Shown piece by piece: positions 1 through 10,116 of a DNA stretch of 64,000 nt. The notes beneath the pieces are model-generated. The model ran no database searches. It had not been told where the DNA came from and worked only from the letters and a program-made list of their open reading frames with translations. The stretch's first letter is position 1. Every line of letters begins with the position of its first letter. Source of the DNA: an uncultured Chloroflexia bacterium (GTDB lineage Bacteria > Chloroflexota > Dehalococcoidia > DSTF01 > JALHUB01); the NCBI GenBank assembly GCA_963726245.1, contig CAVSBT010000015.1:255793-319792 (forward strand), in the 5' to 3' direction. The translations under genes were made by a program, and so were the position numbers.

Positions 1-1134
1 CGGGTAGGCGTCCTCACCCAGTACCGGCCCCGCTCCCTGAACCAGCACATCGCCATCGGCCGTCCCTGGGACCTGGACCGGCAGGGCGGCGGCGTAACCT
101 TGCTCCAGCCCTACCTCGGTCGGGAAAGCTCTGATTGGTACCGCGGCACCGCCGACGCCGTTTACCAGAACCTCTACTACATCGAGGAGTCGCGCGCCGA
201 CCAGGTCCTCATCCTGGCCGGCGACCACGTCTACAAGATGAACTACGACAAGCTTATCGCCTTCCACCGAGAGAACGAGGCGGACGTCACCGTCGCCGTT
301 CACAGCATGAGTCCCGAGGAGGCCAGCCGCTTCGGCAACGTGGTCCTGGACAAGGCCGACCGCGTGGTGAGCTTCCACGAGAAGCCCCGGGCGCCCGTGT
401 CCAGCCTCGGCTCCATGGGCATCTACGTCTTCAACAAGGACACCCTTATCGAGCATCTTCTATCCGACGCGCAACGTATCGAAAGCTCCCACGACTTCGG
501 CCGCGACATCGTTCCCGGCTTGATGGAGGAGATGCGGGTCTTCGGCTACCGATTCGAGGGCTACTGGCGGGACGTGGGTACCATTGAGGCCTACTACGAC
601 GCCAACATGGACTTGCTGGAAGACCTGCCCGAGCTGAACCTCTACGACCAGGAGACGCCCATCCAGACCAACGCCACCGGCCTGCCGCCCGCCAAGGTGG
701 GACGCCACTCCTACGTCAGCCGCTCACTGGCCAGTGCGGGCTGCATCATCAACGGCCAGGTGGAGCACTCCGTCCTCTCCCCCGGCGTCTACGTGGAGGA
801 GGGCGCGGTGGTGCGCGATTCCATTGTCTTCAACGGCACCTACATCCAGTCCGGCGCCATCGTCGAGCGCTCCGTTCTAGACAAGGAGGTCCAGATAGGC
901 AACAATTGCCACGTGGGGTTCGGGGACGACTTCCAGCCCAACGAGGAACGGCCCGACATCGTCAACTGCGGGATCAGCATCATCGGCAAGAGAGTCAAGT
1001 TGCCGCCATTCCTGCGTGTGGGCCGCAACTGCGTCATCGGGCCGGGCGTGGTCGTCACGGGTGCCGAGGACAACTACCTTCCCAGTGGCACCACCTTGCG
1101 GGCGCCGCACCGGGAGGGCATTTTCAACGTCTAG
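1..1134 (+). CDS. glgC: Glucose-1-phosphate adenylyltransferase (5' truncated by window)
   Basis: Frame open from base 1 (LTQYRPRSLNQHI..WDLDR); motifs WYRGTADAV, LILAGDHVYKM, FHEKP, DFGRDI, YWRDVGT; C-terminal left-handed beta-helix. Confidence 0.95.
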   Translation, partial: RVGVLTQYRPRSLNQHIAIGRPWDLDRQGGGVTLLQPYLGRESSDWYRGTADAVYQNLYYIEESRADQVLILAGDHVYKMNYDKLIAFHRENEADVTVAVHSMSPEEASRFGNVVLDKADRVVSFHEKPRAPVSSLGSMGIYVFNKDTLIEHLLSDAQRIESSHDFGRDIVPGLMEEMRVFGYRFEGYWRDVGTIEAYYDANMDLLEDLPELNLYDQETPIQTNATGLPPAKVGRHSYVSRSLASAGCIINGQVEHSVLSPGVYVEEGAVVRDSIVFNGTYIQSGAIVERSVLDKEVQIGNNCHVGFGDDFQPNEERPDIVNCGISIIGKRVKLPPFLRVGRNCVIGPGVVVTGAEDNYLPSGTTLRAPHREGIFNV

Positions 1135-1173
1135 CGACGCTAAAGGCAGCACGGTTGTACGTTAAGTAGAAAG

Positions 1174-2872
1174 GTGATGATGCATAAAGGCGCGTTTACG
1201 TTCGTTCTCCACAGTCACCTCCCCTACTGTCGCCGCGCCGGCCGCTGGCCCCACGGCGAGGAGTGGCTCCACGAGGGAGCCGCAGACACCTACCTGCCCC
1301 TCCTGATCGCCCTTCACGACCTGGCCGACGAGGGCTGCCCCTACCGTCTCACCATAGGCCTCACACCCGTCCTCTGCGAGCAACTGGCCGACGCCCACGT
1401 GCTCGAGAACCTGGAGATGTACCTCCGGGAGCGCCTGGAGCGGGCGCAGTGGCACGCCGGACATCTGGACCAGCAGGGTGACCTGGCCCGCTCCGAACTG
1501 GCCCGCTTCTACGCGGCACGCTACGCCTTCCTTCTCGACACCTTTATCAACCGCTTCGGGCGCCAGATAGTGGAACCCTTCCATCGCTTGCAGGAGCTGG
1601 ATCGGATCGAGATAACGGCCGGCGCCGCCACCCACGGCTACCTGCCCCTGCATGGAGCGGGACTCTGCCATCCATGCCCAGGTCGCTGTAGGCGTGCAAA
1701 GCTATAGGCGACATTTCGGCAAGAGTCCCAGCTCCTTCTGGCTACCGGAGTGCGCCTATCGCCCCACCTATGCCACCGAGTTCGGGCGCGGTTATGTAAA
1801 GCCAGGCCTCCACGAGTTCCTCGCCAGGCAGGGGCTCCTCTGCTTCTTCGCCGAAACACATGCCATCGAGGGCGGCCTACCCGTAGGCAAGGCCATCGGC
1901 GACGCCATGGGCCCCTACGGCGACATCCCCCGCCGCTATCTCGTGCCCATGGGTCAGTACCCGGAACCCACTTTCAAGACCACCTACCTGCCCTACTGGG
2001 TCTCCGACCCGCGGGTGGCTGCCATAGGGCGCAACAACCGCACCGGCCTCCAGGTCTGGTCCGCCGAGCACGGCTACCCCGGTGACTTTCACTACCGCGA
2101 ATTCCACAAGAAGGACGGCGAATCCGGCCTCCACTACTGGAAGGTGAGCGGGGCGAAGGTCGACCTTGGGTACAAAGAGCTGTACAACCCGGCACGGGCT
2201 CAGGAGCGTATGCACGACCACGCCCGCCACTTCGCCACGCTTGTCGAGGACCTGGTGCGCGAATTCCACGCCGGAAGCGGCGTGTTCGGCATCGTCTCCG
2301 CCGCCTACGACACGGAGCTCTTCGGCCACTGGTGGTTTGAGGGGGTCGACTGGCTAAGGGAAGTGCTGCGCATCCTCTCTCGAAGCGAGGACGTGGAGTT
2401 GACCACCGCCTCGCGACATCTGCGGCAGCACCCCCCCGAGGACGTGCTCGCTCTGCCTGAGAGCTCCTGGGGGCAGGCCGGTAACCACTTCACTTGGATG
2501 AACGCCGAGACTGAGTGGGTATGGCCCATTATCCGCGAGGCGCAGCTACGCATGGAGAGCCTCGTGGCGCGCCACCCTCAGGCCTCGGGGCCCGTGGCCG
2601 GCGCCCTCAACCAGGCCGGGCGCGAGCTTCTCCTGCTGGAGTCCAGCGATTGGCCGTTCCTGATCACCACCTGGCAGGCACGCGACTACGCCACCAACCG
2701 CTTCCAGGACCACCTGGAGCGATTCCACCGCCTGGCGGATATGGCGGAGCATCAGCAGGTGGACGAAGGGCTGGTGGCCGAGTACTTCGACCTGGACAAC
2801 GTATTCCCGGACCTTGACTACCATGATTTCGCCGATCGAGAGCGTGTGAACGAGCGCGCCTCAGTCACTTAG
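1174..2872 (+). CDS. GH57 1,4-alpha-glucan branching enzyme (DUF1957 type); one frameshift near 1650
   Basis: HSHLPY, ATHGYLP, FWLPECAY, YDTELFGHWWFEG and ELLLLESSDWPF motifs split across ORFs 1174-1707 and 1652-2872. Confidence 0.9.
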
Positions 2873-2913
2873 AGGGGGGAAGGCCCCTCCGCGAGCGCGA
2901 AGGAACCACAGGC

Positions 2914-4230
2914 ATGTCAGTAATCTATTGGGCGCCCCTCCTGCACTACTATCAGCCGCCCCTCCAGATCTACGAGGTGCTGGCCAAGGTAGTGAACGAG
3001 TCGTACCGGCCGCTGCTGGAGGTGCTGGAGGAGAACCCTCACGCCAAACTCACCGTCAACATCAATGCTGTCCTGACCGAGCTCCTCTGGGAGCACGGCT
3101 TCCAAGACGTCGTTGAGCGGCTGAAGGTTCTGGCTCAACGAGACCAGATCGAGTTCACGGGGTCCGCCAAGTACCACGCCATCTTGCCACTGATCCCGCA
3201 GTACGAGATGCGGCGGCAGATCCGGCGTAATCACCTCACCAATCGCTACTTCTTCGGCGACCTCTATGATCCGCAGGGCTTCTTCCCGCCCGAGATGTGC
3301 TACAGCCCGCAAGTGCTGGAGCCTGTGCTGGATGGCGGTCACCGCTGGCTCATCGTAAGCGGCGTGGCCTGCCCGGTGAGCTGGCCGATGAACGTCATCC
3401 ATCAGATCGGCTTGGACGGTGACGTCCTGCCCGTGCTCTTCCGCGACGACATCCTCAGCAACAAGATCAGCTTCCAAGGCATCGACGGCCAGGGCTTCGT
3501 CGAACACCTGCGACAGCTCAAGGCGCCCGCCGGCAAGGACTGTTACGTGGTGACGGCGATGGACGCCGAGACCTTCGGCCACCACATTGAGAACTGGGAC
3601 CGCCTCTTCCTGGCCGAGGCCTACGAATCTATTCTGCCCGGGAGCGGCGCCTACGAAGAGGTCCAGGAGGCCCAGCCGCTGGCTGCCGGCCACCGCCGCC
3701 TGGTCGCCATGCCCCAGGAGCCCTCCCTGGGAGAGGTGCGCATCGTCACCATCAGCGAGCTTCTGGGCCTCTTCCCCACCGGCCAGAAGATTCAGCCCTA
3801 CCTCTCTTCCTGGAGCACCACCACCGACGACCTGAAGGCCGGCAACTACTACCCGCTGTGGAAGGACCCGGCCAACAACCTCCACCGCCTCCAATGGGGA
3901 CACACTGAGATCGCCCTGAGTCTGGTGCGGAAAGCGGGGGAGGTAGCCGACAACGAGGCCAGCCAGCGACACGCCCAGATCGCGCGCGGTCTCCTGGACC
4001 CGGCTCTCCATAGCTGCCAGTACTGGTGGGCGAGCCAGCGCCCCCACTGGGACGTCAACATGATTAACCGCGGCCTGGGCCAGCAGGAGGAGGTCATCCT
4101 CAATGCCTTCCGGGCCATCAATCTTAGCGGCGTCGAGGAGGCGGTGAAGCGGGAGGCCTACTATCACGTGGTAGCCGCTCGCGACACCTGCAGCAAGATC
4201 CGCGACCAGCTATTCTGGGACAAGATCTGA
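2914..4230 (+). CDS. GH57 family glycoside hydrolase
   Basis: HYYQP, SAKYHAILPL, FFPPEM, AMDAETFGHH GH57 conserved regions. Confidence 0.85.
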   Translation: MSVIYWAPLLHYYQPPLQIYEVLAKVVNESYRPLLEVLEENPHAKLTVNINAVLTELLWEHGFQDVVERLKVLAQRDQIEFTGSAKYHAILPLIPQYEMRRQIRRNHLTNRYFFGDLYDPQGFFPPEMCYSPQVLEPVLDGGHRWLIVSGVACPVSWPMNVIHQIGLDGDVLPVLFRDDILSNKISFQGIDGQGFVEHLRQLKAPAGKDCYVVTAMDAETFGHHIENWDRLFLAEAYESILPGSGAYEEVQEAQPLAAGHRRLVAMPQEPSLGEVRIVTISELLGLFPTGQKIQPYLSSWSTTTDDLKAGNYYPLWKDPANNLHRLQWGHTEIALSLVRKAGEVADNEASQRHAQIARGLLDPALHSCQYWWASQRPHWDVNMINRGLGQQEEVILNAFRAINLSGVEEAVKREAYYHVVAARDTCSKIRDQLFWDKI

Positions 4231-4245
4231 GGCTGTCCTGAGCCT

Positions 4246-6516
4246 ATGGGCCAGATCAAGCTCGGCCTCGCCATTCACAACCACCAGCCGGTCGGCAACT
4301 ACCCCTTCGTCTTCGAGCAGGTCTACCACGACGCCTACCTCCCATTCTTGGAGGCCCTGGAGCGTCACCCGAAGGTGCGGGTATCTCTGCACAATAGCGG
4401 CTGCCTGCTAGACTGGCTCCTGCCCAATCGACCGGAGTACGTCGAGCGACTGGCCGCCCTCTGCGCCCGCGGCCAAGTGGAGGTGATGACCGGGGGCTAT
4501 TACGAGCCCATCCTGCCCATGATCCCGGAGAGCGACAAGCTCGGGCAGATCGGCAAGCTCTCCCAGACGGTAGAGCGGCTCTTCGGACAGAAGCCTACCG
4601 GCTTGTGGCTGACAGAGCGCGTCTGGGAGCCGCACCTGCCGGCGCCTCTGGCCCGCGCCGGCGTTCGCTGGACGCTGGTGGACGACAGCCACTTTCTGCG
4701 GCTGGGCATGGCCGAGTCCGATCTGGACGGCTACTTCATCACCGAGGAAGATGGCCTGCCCCTGAAGGTCTACCCAGGCAGCCAGTTCCTGCGCTACGCC
4801 ATCCCCTGGAAGACTGTCGAAGACGTCATCGAGTACCTGCGGGGCCAGGCGTCGGACGAGCCCGGACGCATCATCATCCTTGGCGACGACGGCGAGAAGT
4901 TCGGAGGCTGGCCCACTACCTACGCCCACTGCTGGGAGAAGGGCTGGATGGATGACTTCTTCACGGCCTTAGAAGAGAACGCGGACTGGCTAAAGATGAT
5001 AACGCTCGGGGAGCACGCCGAGCGCTACCCAGCCCGCGGCATCGTCTACCTGCCCACTGCCTCCTACTCGGAGATGATGGAGTGGGCCATGCCCACTACG
5101 GCTCGCGTCGAGTTCGCCCGCTTGACACGGGAGGCCAAGGATTCCGACCGCGAAGACCTGCTGCGCTACCTCCAATCCGGCTTCTGGCGCTACTTCCTGG
5201 TCAAGTACCCGGAGGCCAACGCCATGCACAAGCGTATGCTGCGAGTGCATCGAAAAGTGGACGAGGCTGCGACACGAGGCGATGCCTCGGCGGCCCGCGA
5301 TGCGCTCTGGAGCGGACAGTGCAACTGCCCCTACTGGCACGGCGTCTTCGGGGGCCTCTACCTGCGCCACATCCGCTGGGCCACGCACCGCCAGCTCATC
5401 GCTGCCGAGCGGCAGGCCGACCATCTCCTTCACCGCAGGGCCGGCTGGCTGGTGGCCCGCCGCGAGGACCTGGACTATGACGGCCAGCCGGAGGTGCTGG
5501 TTCAGACCGCGGACCTCTCCCTCTGCTTTCACCCCCACCTGGGCGGCATGCTGTCGGAGTGGGACGTGCGCCGCCACGACTGGAACCTCCTCAACGTCCT
5601 CAGTCGCCGCCGTGAGGCCTACCACGAACCGCTGTTGGAGGCGGAGGCCGACTCCGACCCCCGCCAGCTCGCTGGCGACGACTCCGGAGCCGTGCGCTCC
5701 ATCCACGACGAGCTGGCGGCCAAAGAGCCCGGCCTGGCGGCGATCCTGGCCTTCGATCCGCATCGTCGCGGCGGCCTCCAGGAGCAGCTCCTGCCGCCGG
5801 AGGCCTCCTTACCCGACTACGCTTCCGGCGCCTTCGCGCGGGACGGCGACTTTCTTCTCGGCCCGTGGCAGGCTTCGGTGGAGCGGACGAATGAGGGCGC
5901 AACGGTGCGACTGGACCGTCGCGGTCACCTCACATTGGGAGAGCAGTCGTTCCCGCTGCACCTGGAGAAGGCGCTGACGGTGCAGCGTCGCGGTCAGCAG
6001 GTGGCGGTGCGCTACCGGGTGAAGAATGAGGGTGGGGAGGTGTCTTTCCTCCTCGCCAGCGAGTGGAACGTGAACACCATTCAGGCCCCGGACGGCGACG
6101 ACCGCATCCAGACGCTTCGCGTGAAGGCCAAGAAGCGCTCCCTGGCAGAGAGCGGCCAGGCGGAGAAAGTTCGGCGGGCGGCGGTGGTCGGTAGCGCCGG
6201 CGTGGCTCTCACCGCCGAACTGGCTCAGCCCTGCACCCTGTGGCACTTCCCGGTGGAGAGCGTCTCCAACTCGGAAGGAGGACTGGAGAGGGTGAACCAG
6301 GGTACCTGCCTGGCCTTCCTCTTCCCGCTCCACCTGAAGCCGGGCGAGAGCCGCGAGGTCTCCTTCACCTGGACAATCGAGGAGGAGAAGGAAGTGACGA
6401 AGAGGGCCGCTTCTCGGCGGGCAGGCACGGCGGCCCGCCCTTCGACCCTTCGACGAGCTCGGGGTGCGACAAGCCCAAGGCGGCCAGCACCCCGAGGGGC
6501 TGGCAGAGGGCGATAG
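4246..6516 (+). CDS. GH57 4-alpha-glucanotransferase/alpha-amylase (DUF1925/DUF1926 domains)
   Basis: HNHQPVGN, GGYYEPIL, WLTERVWEP, GDDGEKFG, QCNCPYWHGVFGGLY, SNSEGGLERVNQG. Confidence 0.9.
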   Translation: MGQIKLGLAIHNHQPVGNYPFVFEQVYHDAYLPFLEALERHPKVRVSLHNSGCLLDWLLPNRPEYVERLAALCARGQVEVMTGGYYEPILPMIPESDKLGQIGKLSQTVERLFGQKPTGLWLTERVWEPHLPAPLARAGVRWTLVDDSHFLRLGMAESDLDGYFITEEDGLPLKVYPGSQFLRYAIPWKTVEDVIEYLRGQASDEPGRIIILGDDGEKFGGWPTTYAHCWEKGWMDDFFTALEENADWLKMITLGEHAERYPARGIVYLPTASYSEMMEWAMPTTARVEFARLTREAKDSDREDLLRYLQSGFWRYFLVKYPEANAMHKRMLRVHRKVDEAATRGDASAARDALWSGQCNCPYWHGVFGGLYLRHIRWATHRQLIAAERQADHLLHRRAGWLVARREDLDYDGQPEVLVQTADLSLCFHPHLGGMLSEWDVRRHDWNLLNVLSRRREAYHEPLLEAEADSDPRQLAGDDSGAVRSIHDELAAKEPGLAAILAFDPHRRGGLQEQLLPPEASLPDYASGAFARDGDFLLGPWQASVERTNEGATVRLDRRGHLTLGEQSFPLHLEKALTVQRRGQQVAVRYRVKNEGGEVSFLLASEWNVNTIQAPDGDDRIQTLRVKAKKRSLAESGQAEKVRRAAVVGSAGVALTAELAQPCTLWHFPVESVSNSEGGLERVNQGTCLAFLFPLHLKPGESREVSFTWTIEEEKEVTKRAASRRAGTAARPSTLRRARGATSPRRPAPRGAGRGR

Positions 6517-6525
6517 GGAGGACTC

Positions 6526-7335
6526 ATGCCCAAGGCCCTGGCAAATGGCATCCGCATCTACTATGAGGTCTACGGGAAGGGAGAGCCTATCCTGCTCATC
6601 ATGGGTATGGGGGGCAGCGCCCTGAACTGGCAGAGCCAGACCCCCACCCTTTCTCAGCACCTGCGCGTTCTCGCCTATGACAACCGTGACACCGGCCGCA
6701 GCGACAAGATGGATGCCGAGTACTCCCTGGCCGATATGGCCGATGACGCCGCCGGCCTGCTGGACCACCTGAGCATGGAGTCCGCCCACATCTACGGCGT
6801 GTCCATGGGCGGCATGATCGCGCAAGAGCTGGTCTTGCGCCACCCGAATCGCGTGCGCACCCTCATCCTGGGCTGCACCAGCCCCTGCCTGTCGGCCATG
6901 CCCCCTTCCGAGAAGGCGGAGCGCGACATGGCCGCGGCGGGCGAGCTCCCGCTCCGGGAGGCCTTCGAGCGCACCGCCTGGACCGGTTACAGCGACAGCT
7001 ACTTCGCTGCCCACAAGGACGACCTGTGGCTGCGTGTCCAGGCGGAGGCGGGACTGGAGCCTCCGCTCGAGGCCTGGCAACGTCAATACGCCGCCGTAAC
7101 GATATTCGACGCGAGGGACCGGCTGGGGCATATCCGCGCCCCAACTCTGGTCATGACGGGGGACGACGACCCCGTGGTGCGACCCGCCAACTCCCGCGTC
7201 CTCGCGGAGCAGATCGCGGGCGCCGAACTCGTCGTCTTCCAGGGAGGCCGCCACGCCTTCAACGTCGAGTTCGAAGAGGAAAGCAACAGCGCCGTCCTCG
7301 ACTTTATCAGGCGCCACAACAGCGCAGCCCTTTAG
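6526..7335 (+). CDS. Alpha/beta fold hydrolase
   Basis: GVSMGG nucleophile elbow, D(GDDD) and H(GGRH) triad; GGAGG RBS. Confidence 0.9.
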   Translation: MPKALANGIRIYYEVYGKGEPILLIMGMGGSALNWQSQTPTLSQHLRVLAYDNRDTGRSDKMDAEYSLADMADDAAGLLDHLSMESAHIYGVSMGGMIAQELVLRHPNRVRTLILGCTSPCLSAMPPSEKAERDMAAAGELPLREAFERTAWTGYSDSYFAAHKDDLWLRVQAEAGLEPPLEAWQRQYAAVTIFDARDRLGHIRAPTLVMTGDDDPVVRPANSRVLAEQIAGAELVVFQGGRHAFNVEFEEESNSAVLDFIRRHNSAAL

Positions 7336-7353
7336 CGCTAGGGAGGAAAGACC

Positions 7354-8796
7354 GTGCGCGACCTCGTGATGCGAACTCTGGACACCGCCCGTCAACAGGG
7401 CGCCGCCTACGCCGACGTGCGGGTCGTGCGCCTGACCAGCGAGTCTATCACCGTCCGCAACCAGAACGTGGAGGGGCTCACGGCCGACGAAACCCTGGGA
7501 TTCGGCGTCCGCGTCATCGTCGACGGCTACTGGGGCTTTGCCAGCAGCTATAAGCTGACACTGGAGGAGGCCGACCGCGTCGCTGCCCAAGCTGTGCGCA
7601 TCGCCCGCGCCTCGGCCCGGGTGCGTGGCCCCAAGGCGAACATCGGCCCGCCGGAGGTCCACCGCGACAGCTATCGCACTCCCTTCCAGAAGGACCCCTT
7701 CGCCGTCCCCCTGGACGACAAGATCGCCCTTCTCGTCCGCGCCAACGAAGCCATGATGAAGGTGCAGGGCGTGGTGATGGCGGAGTCCAACGTCTACTGC
7801 CAGCGCGAGGAGAAGACCTTCGGGAGCAGCGAGGGCAGCTTCATCGAGCAGGCGCTGGTCGAGACGGGCTGCGGCATCGAGGCCACGGCGGTCGACGAAG
7901 GGGAGGTGCAGCACCGCTCCTACCCCAACAGCGTCGGCCGTCACCAGGGCACCGAGGGCTGGGAGTTCGTGGAGCGCTACGACCTGGCGGGGAACGCCGG
8001 CCGCGTCGCCGAGGAGGCGGCAGCCCTTCTCCGCGCCAAGCCCTGCCCGTCGGGAGTCACCACCATCATCCTCGACGGCAGTCAGGTGGCGCTCCAGATC
8101 CACGAGAGCTGCGGCCACGCCATCGAGCTGGACCGGGTGCTGGGGACGGAGGCTGCCTTCGCCGGCACCAGCTTCCTGACCACCGACAAGCTGGGCAGCT
8201 TCCGCTACGGCTCCGAAGCCGTCAACATCACCGCCGACGCTACGATTCCTGGCGGACTGGGCACCTTCGGCTACGACGACGAAGGGGTGCCCGCTCAGTC
8301 TACCCCTGTCGTGCGCGACGGCCTCTTCCTGGGCTATCTCACCTCCCGCGAGACGGCGGCCGCCCTGGGGCAGCGCAGCAACGGCGCCATGCGCGCCTCT
8401 GGGTGGAACCGCATCCCTCTCATCCGCATGACGAACGTCAATTTGGATCCAGGACGCTGGACTCTCGGGGATCTCATCGCTGACACGGACGAAGGTCTGT
8501 ACATGGAGACCAACCGTAGCTGGAGCATCGACGACCGGCGCCTCAACTTCCAGTTCGGCACCGAGATCGCCCGCGAGATCAAGCACGGCAAGCTGGGCGA
8601 CCTGGTCAAGAACGCCACCTATACAGGCATGACGCCGCGGTTCTGGGGTAGCTGCGACGCCGTCTGCAACCGAAACCACTGGGTGGTCTGGGGAACACCG
8701 AACTGCGGCAAAGGACAACCGGAGCAGGTGGCCCACACCGGCCACGGCGCCGCCCCCGCCCGTTTCCGCAACGTCCAGATCGGCCTCATGAAATAA
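7354..8796 (+). CDS. tldD: TldD metalloprotease
   Basis: HESCGH zinc motif, DDEGV, RMTN, CGKGQP. Confidence 0.92.
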   Translation: MRDLVMRTLDTARQQGAAYADVRVVRLTSESITVRNQNVEGLTADETLGFGVRVIVDGYWGFASSYKLTLEEADRVAAQAVRIARASARVRGPKANIGPPEVHRDSYRTPFQKDPFAVPLDDKIALLVRANEAMMKVQGVVMAESNVYCQREEKTFGSSEGSFIEQALVETGCGIEATAVDEGEVQHRSYPNSVGRHQGTEGWEFVERYDLAGNAGRVAEEAAALLRAKPCPSGVTTIILDGSQVALQIHESCGHAIELDRVLGTEAAFAGTSFLTTDKLGSFRYGSEAVNITADATIPGGLGTFGYDDEGVPAQSTPVVRDGLFLGYLTSRETAAALGQRSNGAMRASGWNRIPLIRMTNVNLDPGRWTLGDLIADTDEGLYMETNRSWSIDDRRLNFQFGTEIAREIKHGKLGDLVKNATYTGMTPRFWGSCDAVCNRNHWVVWGTPNCGKGQPEQVAHTGHGAAPARFRNVQIGLMK

Positions 8797-8821
8797 GACG
8801 ATAATAAGAGGTGCAGGACCA

Positions 8822-8850
8822 TTGACAAACAATCAGACACATGGTATCCT
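8822..8850 (+). promoter_or_regulatory. Sigma70-type promoter of the toxin-antitoxin operon
   Basis: TTGACA-17 nt-TATCCT with extended TG. Confidence 0.75.
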
Positions 8851-8888
8851 GTCGGCACCGATGGAACAGCGACGGGAGGTGGCAGCTC

Positions 8889-9173
8889 ATGACGGAAGAA
8901 CCGCCGGCAGACGTGTCCACAGTCTACGAGCGGGGCCAGACCGTGGTTCCCAAACGGATCCGCGACGCGCTGGCCATCGAGAGTGGCTACCGCCTCCAGT
9001 GGCAAGTGCGCAAGGGGGTGATCCAGGTGATCCCGGTACCAGCGAACCCAGTTCAGGCCCTGCGAGGCCTCCTCAAGGGCACCGGCTACACCTACGCTCG
9101 CTTCCTCCGCGAGCGGCAACTGGAGCGCGAGGCCGAGCGAAGGCGGGAGGTCAAGGAGCCGCGTACGTCCTAG
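8889..9173 (+). CDS. AbrB/MazE-family antitoxin
   Basis: STVYERGQTVVPKRIRDAL swapped-hairpin signature; GGGAGG RBS before ATG 8889. Confidence 0.88.
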   Translation: MTEEPPADVSTVYERGQTVVPKRIRDALAIESGYRLQWQVRKGVIQVIPVPANPVQALRGLLKGTGYTYARFLRERQLEREAERRREVKEPRTS

Positions 9174-9544
9174 ACACCTCCGCGCTGATCCGGTTGTTCC
9201 TGGAGGAGGCCGGAGCGGACGATGTGCAGCGCATCGTTGAAGGGGAGGAGCCCGTGCTTCTCCCCTTCATGACGATCATGGAAGTCGACTACGTCCTGCG
9301 ACGAACCCTGTCCGAGGACGAGGTGGAGCAGGCGATTGCAGCGCTCCGGCAGTGGCCGGTGACCATCGTAGAGTCCAGCGCCGCATGGGGCCGGGTGGCC
9401 GCCGAGGTAAAGAGCCGAGGCGGCCTCTCCGTGGCCGACGCCTGGAACGCTTCACTGGCCCTCCTCCACGACGCCGAGCTCGTGCACAAGGACCCGGAGT
9501 TCGACGCAGTGAAGGGCCTGCGCGCCCATCGCCTGCCGGACTGA
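9150..9544 (+). CDS. vapC: VapC/PIN-domain toxin (start codon unclear)
   Basis: YVLDTSAL, E, LSVADA, HKDPEF PIN acidic residues; overlaps antitoxin end. Confidence 0.85.
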
Positions 9545-9702
9545 CGCCGGACCCGTCGCTGGCAGCGGCGCTGAGGCACGATTCCAGGGCCACTTCTTGC
9601 GCTGCGCCTCTGTCCTACAGTCGGCGCAGTCGCTATGATAGGGGCGCTGCGACTCAGGTCCCCGCGGTGGTCTTCTGGTGGCGGCTGCCCCGAGGGTTGC
9701 GC

Positions 9703-10068
9703 GTGGATCGACAGCATTTCGAAGAGTTGGTGTCCGAGGCCCTGGAGAACCTGCCGCCTCGCTTCGCCGAGCGCCTATCCAATATCGATGTCGAGGTGCG
9801 GGATTGGCCCACCCCCGGCGAGCTGAGGGCGGCGCGGGTCCCGGCGGGCGGCCTCCTTCTGGGCCTCTATCGAGGAGTGCCCCAGACCCGTCGCAGTCAG
9901 GGGTACAATATGGCCTTGCCCGACCGCATCTCAATCTACCAGGGACCCATCGAACGGGTCTGCCGCAGCGACGACGAGGTACGGGCTCGGGTCCGCCGCA
10001 CCGTGGTCCACGAGATAGCCCATCACTTCGGCTGGAGCGACGCCGAACTGGCCGAAATGGAACGATAG
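9703..10068 (+). CDS. Zincin-like metallopeptidase (DUF1025/Zincin_1)
   Basis: LLGLYRGVP, PDRISIYQGP, TVVHEIAHHFG. Confidence 0.85.
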   Translation: MDRQHFEELVSEALENLPPRFAERLSNIDVEVRDWPTPGELRAARVPAGGLLLGLYRGVPQTRRSQGYNMALPDRISIYQGPIERVCRSDDEVRARVRRTVVHEIAHHFGWSDAELAEMER

Positions 10069-10116
10069 GTCGAAGCAGTCAGTCAGTCTCTGTATCCAGA
10101 GCAAGGAGGAAAAGCT

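Noticed and set aside
5809-8832. 1007-aa antisense ORF and similar long shadow ORFs (55847-58138, 43509-44684, 2917-4167)
   Set aside because: They mirror real genes on the other strand, have no motifs, and are expected with high-GC codon bias
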